Virus record (IMG/VR): IMGVR_UViG_3300027659_000017
Location: 1-64,000 of that record
Source: a virus
Reading direction: 5' to 3' (one strand)
DNA: 64,000 nt
This document shows, one piece after another, positions 50,901 through 58,838 of the stretch. The stretch's first letter is position 1; each line of letters starts with the position of its first letter. The translations under genes and the position numbers were made by a program. Below the pieces are notes generated by a model, which saw only the letters and a program-made list of their open reading frames with translations, was not told the DNA's origin and searched no databases.

Positions 50901-51219
50901 AGAATTTAATGATGCTTATCACCAGTCTAATTTAAACAAATTAGCTACAATAGGTATTGGTTTGGGAATAGGTGGTATTAATTCATTTATTGATTATCAA
51001 AATAACAAACCTATGCTAATGATTGATGTAAGAACTGGTAAGGTTGTTACTGTTACAAAAGCTGAGATGGAAGCAAACCCAGGTAGATACATTAGTACCA
51101 AAAATCTAAAACGTGGTGGTGCTATTTCCAAAAAGAAAACAGGTGGTGTAGTAACTGAGCTCACTAAAAAAGAAATAGAGCAATATGTTAAAGATGGCTA
51201 TATCATTGAAGATTACTAA
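44968..51219 (+). CDS. giant modular protein B, putative virion cargo (hydrophobic region, HExxH zincin, unknown domains)
   Basis: ATG 44968 overlaps previous TGA; HEGTH; GG tags. Confidence 0.7.
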   Translation: MAKYRITSIPQSLPQARKGGSLKYKKAKSGKLKNFFFGNEGDYDNIAMDMFNTDMMNGSPRTAAGNQPMVEVEGAPQPSYWNMQQGCPPGKFSYNGQCFTEAEYVEYSKREMEEYERSMNQKKAASQQRFEGIVQENQQRAQEQSTRLNQEETERYYTNFKNSKKSDKIDPYMSIPNLNMDRMVDMVDPEGNPVLGEDGKPQQETLGDQLKKSFLINVTENGYTQLYPKDIVHDRIVKHGFQADQFKNIWGLDPKQVKEQLGDIMKLADEQYTNTVLNKVAKTAIEEGKSPEEVIKSLPTSWGGSELTKYIKPSQEEVDKIYSEFVKQSLEGLQKQIGVKEEDGMLRYDRSKKADKPKLDFDFESDIYLNAYDDDGTLTAQEVDPVKAYAQKWIASGKTAKERYERQMQVDAINRKDYSKTYDEAVKNDKTFKETFNIDDINLNASGEDINNMPPSDRMQTLKLNETRRLNEINQSNSERAEENIGDNAVQTKRTEDLIKLTGFTDDFNKFMQERQRLTMYGVYKNALTDSGISYADKAKVLQHLNDNKGDLAYNYLFDRSRDASDPLSQNNYNSELGSLMGGEGYGNLLTQPKIQQGKAPGADIGVGAKTWDVLTNWGDAAYHGLNAFIGNKDFSDNMWSIPGKSLNEVKADEERLGIDLRGNDQFNASLVPELLNKLNPLHAVDEIYRGYKRNGLKGASSKASKAAWDATETAAMFIPGGQGIKLLRQASLLNNTLNKGSLLNKISKGFNGLQRGINSLGLPGQYVTNYFNKSLPAFAFDAVRPYGEFHEGFENLTEGKTTEGLKNLGWGTLGITPYISKIPRIEYQTPSGRTFGIGNTGTTWTTAQNEKQFADLMKSSTLDDLKKVYSEENQIAEAEQALNNGTAFPNYTFTHPLKRQAQLSDDFQNMTNQEFAFKNLGFAPKPGGPFQLGTFNSPLKYSGKLGQLQFGTGKFFPAKLQGIEYRPNIQYDTAPMTIGFRNGGSIPKANVGMIVSGLQSLGNPTKMKTGGALPPPNLGKIVKVANSLAIPTKQMVKSLPSMGNQPGLEWLQRWYSSPELATRISNTIDPSSAFDLKKHSVSLEKLMAAQPKTYSQLAAKNGLLQTIPYYIGTGGLYSGGNLYINRLLSKANQESFTAHEGTHLYDDPRHAVTQPTVTQEWIGPDGQRRVQFDENSLVQDDYHLDANGRPTFFNQKETEMLLKPFGLSKPPLYPNKMDLFGNDYFRRYYTHPDEIHARMNQGRFMLNKSPEDPFTLDDFNKVQTLEDWFGMGKHITDKNAFLDLMNKFYGVVPAAIVGSQLLDEDTEQRKKGGSTPKAKANPPRVLGRTVQSISSMLKPTSQFRTTMNALENFGSTLPTNMSLLNSVAKPFQGINNPVMDLNVQGLLKSPTDLGGTGIIGYGDDIHKGDPWYQIDPADYGGSETWRQEGRTDAEGSIERYLGNLKPYGPDAFNNIGNFDFEIGSDGWKARNAMMGMASPLYQPQKTLGTGDFYTFDEFSNLVQKQTQYLNDRAAFDEMYPEDPGMRMWNALRGDTQRDEMFANLFPNSGIQNFKQKFYTPELLDLMKKTDRDEKGRNLYDQLVSNTNMGDNKMLNMRSLNSVTKGEDTLPSTYKDLVEYLKPDSYLYTAPAKEVVGEMRGSLGLKLEDINNATPEQLEKWKQEIIKKMYEQAKERWDKDSTIPLSGYDAYEKFFSRSGSKNKLGGAIPKARLGLSVIGKNVNNIENILNGTAKSTNLLRLVDRAITPVGYGIVGKMLASPFTYIKPYVPQTYGLKNRYDAWNLYNQIQPKYGGLSLNEDGTVAVKNFDISKPILDQIRNSERNSFETEEFNKMNGHLAINFGGVHGNGLVAKGVDDTGRQYMDFTDTWDLHPLQRFGNLLPKPIRNIEVGQVTGGKPFDLRNRIYFDGEGNYFNQDGTPLITYSKEVPGFDYTNGALQVQQNASTRNIKEIELPDNKNVEFVASSGVPENEFQQVNEEFNDAYHQSNLNKLATIGIGLGIGGINSFIDYQNNKPMLMIDVRTGKVVTVTKAEMEANPGRYISTKNLKRGGAISKKKTGGVVTELTKKEIEQYVKDGYIIEDY

Positions 51220-51260
51220 ACTTTATAAGTTTATCCATTAAATTAAATTTTAGTATATTT
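51217..51260 (+). promoter_or_regulatory. TAAAC-N7-GTTTA palindrome plus TTTAGTATATTT promoter motif
   Basis: palindrome 51217-51233 in intergenic gap. Confidence 0.55.
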
Positions 51261-51276
51261 ATATATATAAGAAAAT

Positions 51277-54200
51277 ATGAAGAAGCAAGTAAGGATTAGA
51301 AAAGCCCTTCCAGGAGAGACCCCGGGTTACTATAACAAGACTGCTAAGTTTTTAAAAAAGGCAGCCATGGGTATGGAAGTTTCTACTACACGTACAGATC
51401 CGGCTAGAATAAATCAAATATATGATCATGTATATATCTCCTTAAAGAATGATGGAGATGCAGATACATTATATTACCAACTACTTAATCAGTATGCATT
51501 AGATAACAATACAGCATCAATGCTTATTGATTCTGCTATGGCTAAACTTGCTGATGAAGGATATGTTGATCCTGATACTGTTAAAACTGAAGATACAGAA
51601 GGAGCAGAAGGACAACCACAGGATCCTCAGAAAAAAGCAAATGAAGATGCAGAAAGAGCAGCTTCAGATGCTGAACAAGAAGAGTTGGCAATGTCCAATG
51701 ATATTTATGCTGAGGATGAGGAAAGAATGAATGATACCTCACACTTAGAGACTGAACAAGCCCAACAAGAACAAGGTTTTAAAACAGGTGGTTATTATGA
51801 TGAAGGTGGTGAAAGTGAGGAAGATGATTCTCAGTATGTTGATCCTGAGCAAGCAGCATTAGATCAATACTACTATCCGGGTACTCAGATGCAGAGACCT
51901 TTCTCTATGGAAGAGTTACTAGCTAACACACCAGGGGTGCAGAATAATGAGATTCCAGACATACGTTATTACATGCCTGACTATAATCCTGTGTCTAGTT
52001 ATTATCAAGCAGAAGATTACTTACCTACAGGAGCAGAGGGAGGAGTCACTCCTCCAATAAAAAATCTTTTTTCTGGATTAGGTTCTAAACTTACATTACC
52101 TATTATTCCAACAGGTAACCCATTAACAAACCTTTCAGCAGCTCGTAAGATAATTTCTCCTTTTACATTACTTGGAGAAGGTATGACAAGATTGCCATAT
52201 CTAGGAGCTAAGTTTACACCAAAACTAACAACTCCATTTACTCAGAATAGAACTGAGTTATGGAATGTTCTTAACGGTGCTACCCCTAAATTAGGAACAT
52301 TCAGTCAGAATGGTACTATGATTGGTGGAGCTGATGGAAGTTTGCAAGCAGATAGATTGTTATTGTATCAGGATGACGTTAAGAAAATAACCGAGAAATT
52401 AAAATATGGTGAGAATAACTTTACATTAGGTGACATATATCCTACTGCTGAACAAGATGGTTTAGTTAGTGGTATATATCCAATGGAAACAAAAATCATT
52501 GGTGGAGTAGATGACAATGGTAATCAGTTTTTTGAACTCAAGCATGGATTTGGACCAAATCAAAAGTTACCTTTTGGAACAACTTCTACTAAAGCTAAAG
52601 AAGTTACATTTAAGAATAGGTTCTATTATAACACAGATCCTGAAACTGGTGGTCTTAAGATTTTTGATCCTCTTGGTAATGAGTTAATGGCAGGTGTACA
52701 AACTAAGTCACATGTTAATAGAGGAGTATTACCTTCTTGGCTTAGTGCAAACCGTGATGTTGTAGGAAGAGACATGAACTTAAGTGGAGAAGGTACACCA
52801 TTTCCTAGTTATTTTGATTCAGTTGGAAAATTTGGACGAACAAATAATATAACAGGACTTCCTCCACTTACATGGAATGATCTCAGCACTAGAGGAAAAA
52901 TTGGTAGAGGTATTGAAACATTTGCAACTACCGGTCTAAATCAATTCTTTAGAACAGGTGCAAAGAACATACAGCAAGTAGACTATCCTGTATATGGATA
53001 TGCAAATGCTGCATTGGGTCCAAACATTCAGAACCCGGCATCTATTCCTTTTTCTCAAACAGCATCTGATATTAAGAATGCTATTAACTACAAGTACAGA
53101 TTAGGATTAAAAACAGCATTGTATGCTGGTATTCCATCTTATTTAGGCTATCAGATATATGACTCATTTGCAAATCCATGTCAATGTGATGATGCTAATG
53201 AACCTAACTTCATGGCCAAGGATACATTTGGTAAATGTCCATGTGGTACAGATGTGGGACCAACAAGAGTCTTAGATCCAGAAGCTATACCGGTAGAAGA
53301 AAATACTGTAGAACCAAGTGACTTGGAAAGACCTGATAGTATTCAATTCTTAGAAGGCCAACATCCATCTGACTATAATTACTACAGATACAATGATTCA
53401 AATATTGTTAATCCAAATATTCAAAATGAAGCTATAGGAGATGACTTTAAGAAAGGTGGTGTAACTAAGAACAGATTCATTAAGAAAATGGTTGAGATGT
53501 ATGCCGAAGGTGGTGATACTGATTTAGGACTATTTGGTCAAGGTAAACGTACAGATACCTTAACTGATGATGTTACAAATAGAAAGACTTCTTTCTTAAA
53601 TACATTAAAGAATAATTCAAACAAAGCAGTATCTGCAGATATCTATAAAAATGCCCAAGGAAATCCACAGGTTCTAAACATGTTGATGAAAGATGGTCCT
53701 AAAGAAAATCTTGCAGAAGATGCATTTGAAACAAATAAGTTAAGCACTGATCCTACTGCAGCATATGGGGGATTCATTGATATGGATTCTGATGATCCTC
53801 TTACAAAATTTATTTATGGAGGAGATGAGACTGAGTACTATGAGCCATATGGATTAACTCAAGCAAGAGATGGTATTACTATTCAGAATAGAGCAGGAGA
53901 TCTAAGAGGTGTGCAAGGTCAAATGGACTTTGATGAATGGTCTCAAGGAGAACAAGAAGATTGGGAAGCTGCAAATCCAGGTGAAGATTTTGAAGCATGG
54001 AGAAGCAGTCCAGAAGCACAGGATTCATATATTAATTACATTAATTTTTATAATGATTCTTTGGATGAGTACTTTAATGAGGGTCAGAGAACAAGAACAT
54101 TTGATCCTAATGCACCTGGTGTAGTGTCTGATACTTTTAATCCTTGTGGTCCGGGTACAGTTTGGAGTAAAACATACCAAACATGTGTCCCAAAAGCTAC

Positions 54201-55386
54201 AATAAATCCCATCCCTACACCAGTAAGAATGCCTCAAGGTTTATTCAGAACACTAGCTCCTTGGAATCCAGCATTAACTGCAGCTGGATCATGGGTAAAA
54301 CAAAAAGGTACTCCATACTATATCAATGATGGTCAATCATACAATGGTCTAATGCCTTCAACACCTGTAGCTAGTTATACTACCAAAGCAGGTAGAAATG
54401 GTGAACGTAAGAAATGGCTTGATATCTATGAAGTAGATGGTGATGGTACAGGTACTGAAGTTCCTATGGAAGATTTAAGTCAGTTTGAACAGATGATGAG
54501 ACATCGTCCTAATAAAGCTGGTAAGAAACCTAGCCGTAAAGAATATCTTAACTCAAAGTTGAGAGAAGATTCTTGGAACAATGAAAATTGGGATCAATTA
54601 TCTGAAAGAGATAAGAGAGCAGCTAGAAATACCTACACATTTGAAAATGAAGATGAGAGAAACTTGTGGGATAATATAAGATATAGAGCTCAAGGAACTA
54701 GATATAGTGAATCTGGTAGAACCAAAAAAGTAAAAGAAAGAAGATTGGGTGGTGAAAGTGAATCCACTAATGGCTTTGGTAACAGTTCTAATTCATCTGT
54801 ACTAGACCCATTCTCTGCATCAGGAAATCTATCTGCAAATCAGTCTCAAGCAAATTCATTAGGTCAGCCCCCTATTAATTATAACCCTATGGGAGATAAT
54901 CCTTTTTCTTTTGATAAAGAACAAGGACATACCCTAGGTAAATCTGAAAATGCTGGAGATAAAAAATATGTAGGTGTTGAACGGAAACGAAAGGATATCT
55001 ACAATCTTGACCCTGAAGGTATGATCAATGTTGGTAATAATGCTGCCAGAGGTGTATTAGGTGCCTGGGATAGAATAAAGAATGCAAAGATTGAGTTCAA
55101 TAACACTCTAGACATCACAGATCCGTATAATAACTATGCATCATCTTATGATATTAGAAAAGGAAACTGGAATGACACTGGACATAAAGCAGGTTCATTG
55201 AATTATGATCAAAAAGGTTCTGATAGAAATAGTCAATCAACCTTTGGTAGTGGTAAAAGATATGGTGGTTATATGGCCTATGGTGGTTATACTGAACCAG
55301 GATATGAAGATGACGAAGAAGTTTACATGACTCCAGAAGAACTAGAACAATTCTTAGCAGCAGGAGGACAAGTTGAATATTTATAA
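51277..55386 (+). CDS. giant protein C with ~12 GG tags, putative virion cargo
   Basis: 1369 aa; acidic/low-complexity, one TM-like segment. Confidence 0.7.
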   Translation: MKKQVRIRKALPGETPGYYNKTAKFLKKAAMGMEVSTTRTDPARINQIYDHVYISLKNDGDADTLYYQLLNQYALDNNTASMLIDSAMAKLADEGYVDPDTVKTEDTEGAEGQPQDPQKKANEDAERAASDAEQEELAMSNDIYAEDEERMNDTSHLETEQAQQEQGFKTGGYYDEGGESEEDDSQYVDPEQAALDQYYYPGTQMQRPFSMEELLANTPGVQNNEIPDIRYYMPDYNPVSSYYQAEDYLPTGAEGGVTPPIKNLFSGLGSKLTLPIIPTGNPLTNLSAARKIISPFTLLGEGMTRLPYLGAKFTPKLTTPFTQNRTELWNVLNGATPKLGTFSQNGTMIGGADGSLQADRLLLYQDDVKKITEKLKYGENNFTLGDIYPTAEQDGLVSGIYPMETKIIGGVDDNGNQFFELKHGFGPNQKLPFGTTSTKAKEVTFKNRFYYNTDPETGGLKIFDPLGNELMAGVQTKSHVNRGVLPSWLSANRDVVGRDMNLSGEGTPFPSYFDSVGKFGRTNNITGLPPLTWNDLSTRGKIGRGIETFATTGLNQFFRTGAKNIQQVDYPVYGYANAALGPNIQNPASIPFSQTASDIKNAINYKYRLGLKTALYAGIPSYLGYQIYDSFANPCQCDDANEPNFMAKDTFGKCPCGTDVGPTRVLDPEAIPVEENTVEPSDLERPDSIQFLEGQHPSDYNYYRYNDSNIVNPNIQNEAIGDDFKKGGVTKNRFIKKMVEMYAEGGDTDLGLFGQGKRTDTLTDDVTNRKTSFLNTLKNNSNKAVSADIYKNAQGNPQVLNMLMKDGPKENLAEDAFETNKLSTDPTAAYGGFIDMDSDDPLTKFIYGGDETEYYEPYGLTQARDGITIQNRAGDLRGVQGQMDFDEWSQGEQEDWEAANPGEDFEAWRSSPEAQDSYINYINFYNDSLDEYFNEGQRTRTFDPNAPGVVSDTFNPCGPGTVWSKTYQTCVPKATINPIPTPVRMPQGLFRTLAPWNPALTAAGSWVKQKGTPYYINDGQSYNGLMPSTPVASYTTKAGRNGERKKWLDIYEVDGDGTGTEVPMEDLSQFEQMMRHRPNKAGKKPSRKEYLNSKLREDSWNNENWDQLSERDKRAARNTYTFENEDERNLWDNIRYRAQGTRYSESGRTKKVKERRLGGESESTNGFGNSSNSSVLDPFSASGNLSANQSQANSLGQPPINYNPMGDNPFSFDKEQGHTLGKSENAGDKKYVGVERKRKDIYNLDPEGMINVGNNAARGVLGAWDRIKNAKIEFNNTLDITDPYNNYASSYDIRKGNWNDTGHKAGSLNYDQKGSDRNSQSTFGSGKRYGGYMAYGGYTEPGYEDDEEVYMTPEELEQFLAAGGQVEYL

Positions 55387-55394
55387 GCAAACCA

Positions 55395-58300
55395 ATGATA
55401 AAAGTTAGAATTAAAAAATTGCCGAAGGCAAAAACAGGATACCAACTTCAAGGAGCTTTGGTTAATGATGTTCCTGCAATGGGAGGAGCAGATTACAATG
55501 CATACATTGGTAAAGAAAAACTTAGAGAGAGTAAATATATTACTGCTGTTCCAAGAGATAAAGCTAATCTAGAGGCTGAGGGAGGTGAAACTGTTTACGG
55601 TGACATCAATGGAGATGGAATGCCGGAACATAAAATCATCAAAGGACCAAGACACCATGCTGGTGGAGTACCACTAAGTCTTCCTGAAGATACATTTATC
55701 TTTAGTGATACAAGAAGTATGAGAGTTAAGGACCCGACAATACTTGCTATGTTTGGTAAGTCTCCTGGTAAGTCTTATACCCCAGCTGAATTGGCTAAAC
55801 AATATGATATCCAGAAGTACAGAAAGATTTTAGAAGATCCTGATACAGATGCAATAGAAAGAAAGTCTGCTGAGTTGATGATCAAAAAGTATGTTATTAA
55901 GTTAGGATGTCTTGCTCTTGCACAAGAGTCAATGAAAGGATTCCCACAAGGGATTCCTGTTGTTGCTAAACCATGTATGGAAGCAAGAGGTATTACAGAA
56001 GAACAAATCTTGCCAAGTAAAGAAATCTCTGGTTTGAATGATCAGCTGAAGAAACAAATGGAGCAGCAACAGAATTCTGAAGAGACAATGGAATCAGAGA
56101 ATCAGCAGAATCCTATGGAAGAAGCTCAGGAGATGAACCAAGGTCAACCAGTAGCTCAAGCACAACAAAGTCCATCACCAGAAGCAATGATGAGATTTGG
56201 TGGTATGAGAAGATTGAGAAGAGCTGCAGAAGGAATGATGCAACCATCTCCAGAAGAGATGGCTATGATGCAACAACAACAGCAACAACCACAACAAGGT
56301 GGGGGTGATGAGATGATGCAAATCATGCAAGAGGTTCAGGCTGCACTACAAAGAGGTGCACAACCTAATGAAGTTGTTATGAGTTTATTACAGAATGGTC
56401 TTCCACCTGAAGCTATAGTACAGATATTTACACAACTTGGTGCTTCACAAGAAGAGGCTGTGGGTATTATCCAACAAGCTATGTCTCAACAACAAGGTGG
56501 TGGAGAAGATCCAATGATGGCTCAAGGTCCTCCAATGTCTGAGCAAGAAATGATGCAGCAACAAGGAGCTCCAATGGCAATGTATGGTATGTCTATGGGA
56601 GGGTATGATATGCCTTTCTATGATATTCCACAAGCTGAGTATGGTATGGCAATGGGTGCTAACCCACAAAACTATCAAGGAAGACAAGGTAGAGTACCTT
56701 CTACAGGTCCTATGTACAATTTAGCTAAAGCACAAAATGGTGTAGAAACACCTGCACCAATTGTCATTGATGGTACTGCAATGACTGATGCACAAATTGA
56801 ACAAGAAATTTGGAACATTAAACAAAAAGACCCAAATGCTGTAGTACATGTTAAACGTAAGGATGAAAAAGGAAATGTTAAAACACAAGTATTAAAACAA
56901 TCTGGTTTTACAGTTCCTACTGGAAAAGATCTTGATGCTGCTGGTTTAGAGGGGTTCCCTGATACACCAAATGGTAGAATGGCAGCTGCACAGTATTTAT
57001 TGATTAAAGAAAATATGTCTAACCCAGCGGTTAGAAAAGAAATGATTGCTAATACAAGATCAGTTGTTGAAAATCCAGAAGCTTGGAGAGGAAAAGGTTC
57101 AACAAGTGCCGATCCAAATGATAAATGGTCTGTTAAATACGGTACTGAACCAACTGATGAGGAAATCATTAATGCTTCTTTGATGTTAAATAAAAGAAAC
57201 TTGATGTTCCAAGCAAATGATGTGGATCCTCAATTGTTTTCTGACGTAGGTAATAAATTAGATGACCCAGCTACTGTAGTTAGTGAAGGTTATATAAATC
57301 CTAAAACACAAAAACCTTATACTACAACAGAGGCAACAGCTGCTATTAATGATTTAAGAAGTAAAGGTTTTACAAGTGTAGCCACAATGGCACAAAATCT
57401 TGGAGTTCCATTGGATCCAAGAGGTAAAGACAGAGTACTTCAACAATCTACAATGCATGCTTATGCACTTTCACATAAAAACTTTAGTGAAGGTAAATAT
57501 GATAACGACCCTAATACAAAGTATGCAATGGATAACTTCTTGGGTAATGTTAATCAAGTACAATCCGGAGCTGGTGATGAATCTACTATGGGAGGTTTAT
57601 ATGGTGCATTAGGTAATAAGATTTCACCTCTTGATGACGAGTATGATTATTCAAATAACAATTGGTATCAAACAAATTCAAGAGGTAGTCTTCAAAGAGG
57701 TAAATATACAACTTGGGGTGATACTCAAGCTGGTGAATACTTTATGGTAGGTAAAAGAAGTCAAGTTTATGACGATTTACCAGCAGATCCAAACTGTCAA
57801 TGTGAAGATCAAAGTAAACCTAACTATAGTACATACAAAGATGACAAAGGAAACTGTACATGTACACCACCTACTGAAGTAAAGAATTGTCCTTGTGTTA
57901 AATCAGATGGTACTGAGATAAACATGACACCTAATCCGGATAATACATGTCCTCCTTGTACTGAAGATAAGCAAGTTCCAGTTCCTAAACCTCCTGCTGA
58001 GTTTTGGTTGCAAGATACAATCAAGACTGCTGGTGCATTTGGGGATTTGATGGGTGTTAAAAAATACATGGGATGGTCACCGGGAATGGATTACAAAAAT
58101 CCACGACCTACATTCTTAGATCCTACAAGAGAACTTGCTGCCAATTCAGAACAAGCAGGTATTCAATCTCAAGCATTAGGTCAATTTGCTGGGTCACAAG
58201 CATTGTCTGCAAGATCAGCAGGTATTCAAGGTCAAGCTGGCAAGAATGCTGCAGATATACTTTCTAAGTATAACAATGCTAATGTCAACATAGCAAATCA

Positions 58301-58838
58301 ATTTGAGTTAAAAGGTACTGATATTGCAAACCAAAACACTGCATTAAGACAAGCAAATGCTTCTAAACTTTATGACCAGAATACTATTGCAAATCAGCAG
58401 TTTGATAATTCTAAGTTGGCATTGAGAAACAACTTGAGAAACTACTATACTAATGCTATTACTAATAAATGGAAGACAGATGCATTAAATCAAATGTATC
58501 CTAACTATGCAGTAAGACCTGGTAATGGTGGTGAGATGGGATTCCAACCAACACCAAGATCAGTAACTGGTCAAGGAGCTGGTAGTACTACAGGTAGTTG
58601 GCAAAAAGCAATGGATGAATGTAAAGCAAACAACCCTGGAGCAAGTGAAGCAGTATTGTTAGCTTGTGCTAAATCTTCAACAGGTTCATATGGTTCACAA
58701 CCAAGTACAGGAGCTAATGCAAATGCTGTCAATACAATGTATGGTTCTCAACAACCTCAACGTGAAAGAGATGGAGGAGAAATATATGATGATGGTGGTT
58801 ATGTTCACATTAACTCATGGCTTCCATTTATCTTGTAA
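55395..58838 (+). CDS. giant protein D (EAEGGE..GPRH..GG..IFSD domain; M/Q-rich region; A/N/Q coiled coil), putative virion cargo
   Basis: 1147 aa; N-terminal motif recalled from Bacteroidota phage virion proteins. Confidence 0.65.
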   Translation: MIKVRIKKLPKAKTGYQLQGALVNDVPAMGGADYNAYIGKEKLRESKYITAVPRDKANLEAEGGETVYGDINGDGMPEHKIIKGPRHHAGGVPLSLPEDTFIFSDTRSMRVKDPTILAMFGKSPGKSYTPAELAKQYDIQKYRKILEDPDTDAIERKSAELMIKKYVIKLGCLALAQESMKGFPQGIPVVAKPCMEARGITEEQILPSKEISGLNDQLKKQMEQQQNSEETMESENQQNPMEEAQEMNQGQPVAQAQQSPSPEAMMRFGGMRRLRRAAEGMMQPSPEEMAMMQQQQQQPQQGGGDEMMQIMQEVQAALQRGAQPNEVVMSLLQNGLPPEAIVQIFTQLGASQEEAVGIIQQAMSQQQGGGEDPMMAQGPPMSEQEMMQQQGAPMAMYGMSMGGYDMPFYDIPQAEYGMAMGANPQNYQGRQGRVPSTGPMYNLAKAQNGVETPAPIVIDGTAMTDAQIEQEIWNIKQKDPNAVVHVKRKDEKGNVKTQVLKQSGFTVPTGKDLDAAGLEGFPDTPNGRMAAAQYLLIKENMSNPAVRKEMIANTRSVVENPEAWRGKGSTSADPNDKWSVKYGTEPTDEEIINASLMLNKRNLMFQANDVDPQLFSDVGNKLDDPATVVSEGYINPKTQKPYTTTEATAAINDLRSKGFTSVATMAQNLGVPLDPRGKDRVLQQSTMHAYALSHKNFSEGKYDNDPNTKYAMDNFLGNVNQVQSGAGDESTMGGLYGALGNKISPLDDEYDYSNNNWYQTNSRGSLQRGKYTTWGDTQAGEYFMVGKRSQVYDDLPADPNCQCEDQSKPNYSTYKDDKGNCTCTPPTEVKNCPCVKSDGTEINMTPNPDNTCPPCTEDKQVPVPKPPAEFWLQDTIKTAGAFGDLMGVKKYMGWSPGMDYKNPRPTFLDPTRELAANSEQAGIQSQALGQFAGSQALSARSAGIQGQAGKNAADILSKYNNANVNIANQFELKGTDIANQNTALRQANASKLYDQNTIANQQFDNSKLALRNNLRNYYTNAITNKWKTDALNQMYPNYAVRPGNGGEMGFQPTPRSVTGQGAGSTTGSWQKAMDECKANNPGASEAVLLACAKSSTGSYGSQPSTGANANAVNTMYGSQQPQRERDGGEIYDDGGYVHINSWLPFIL

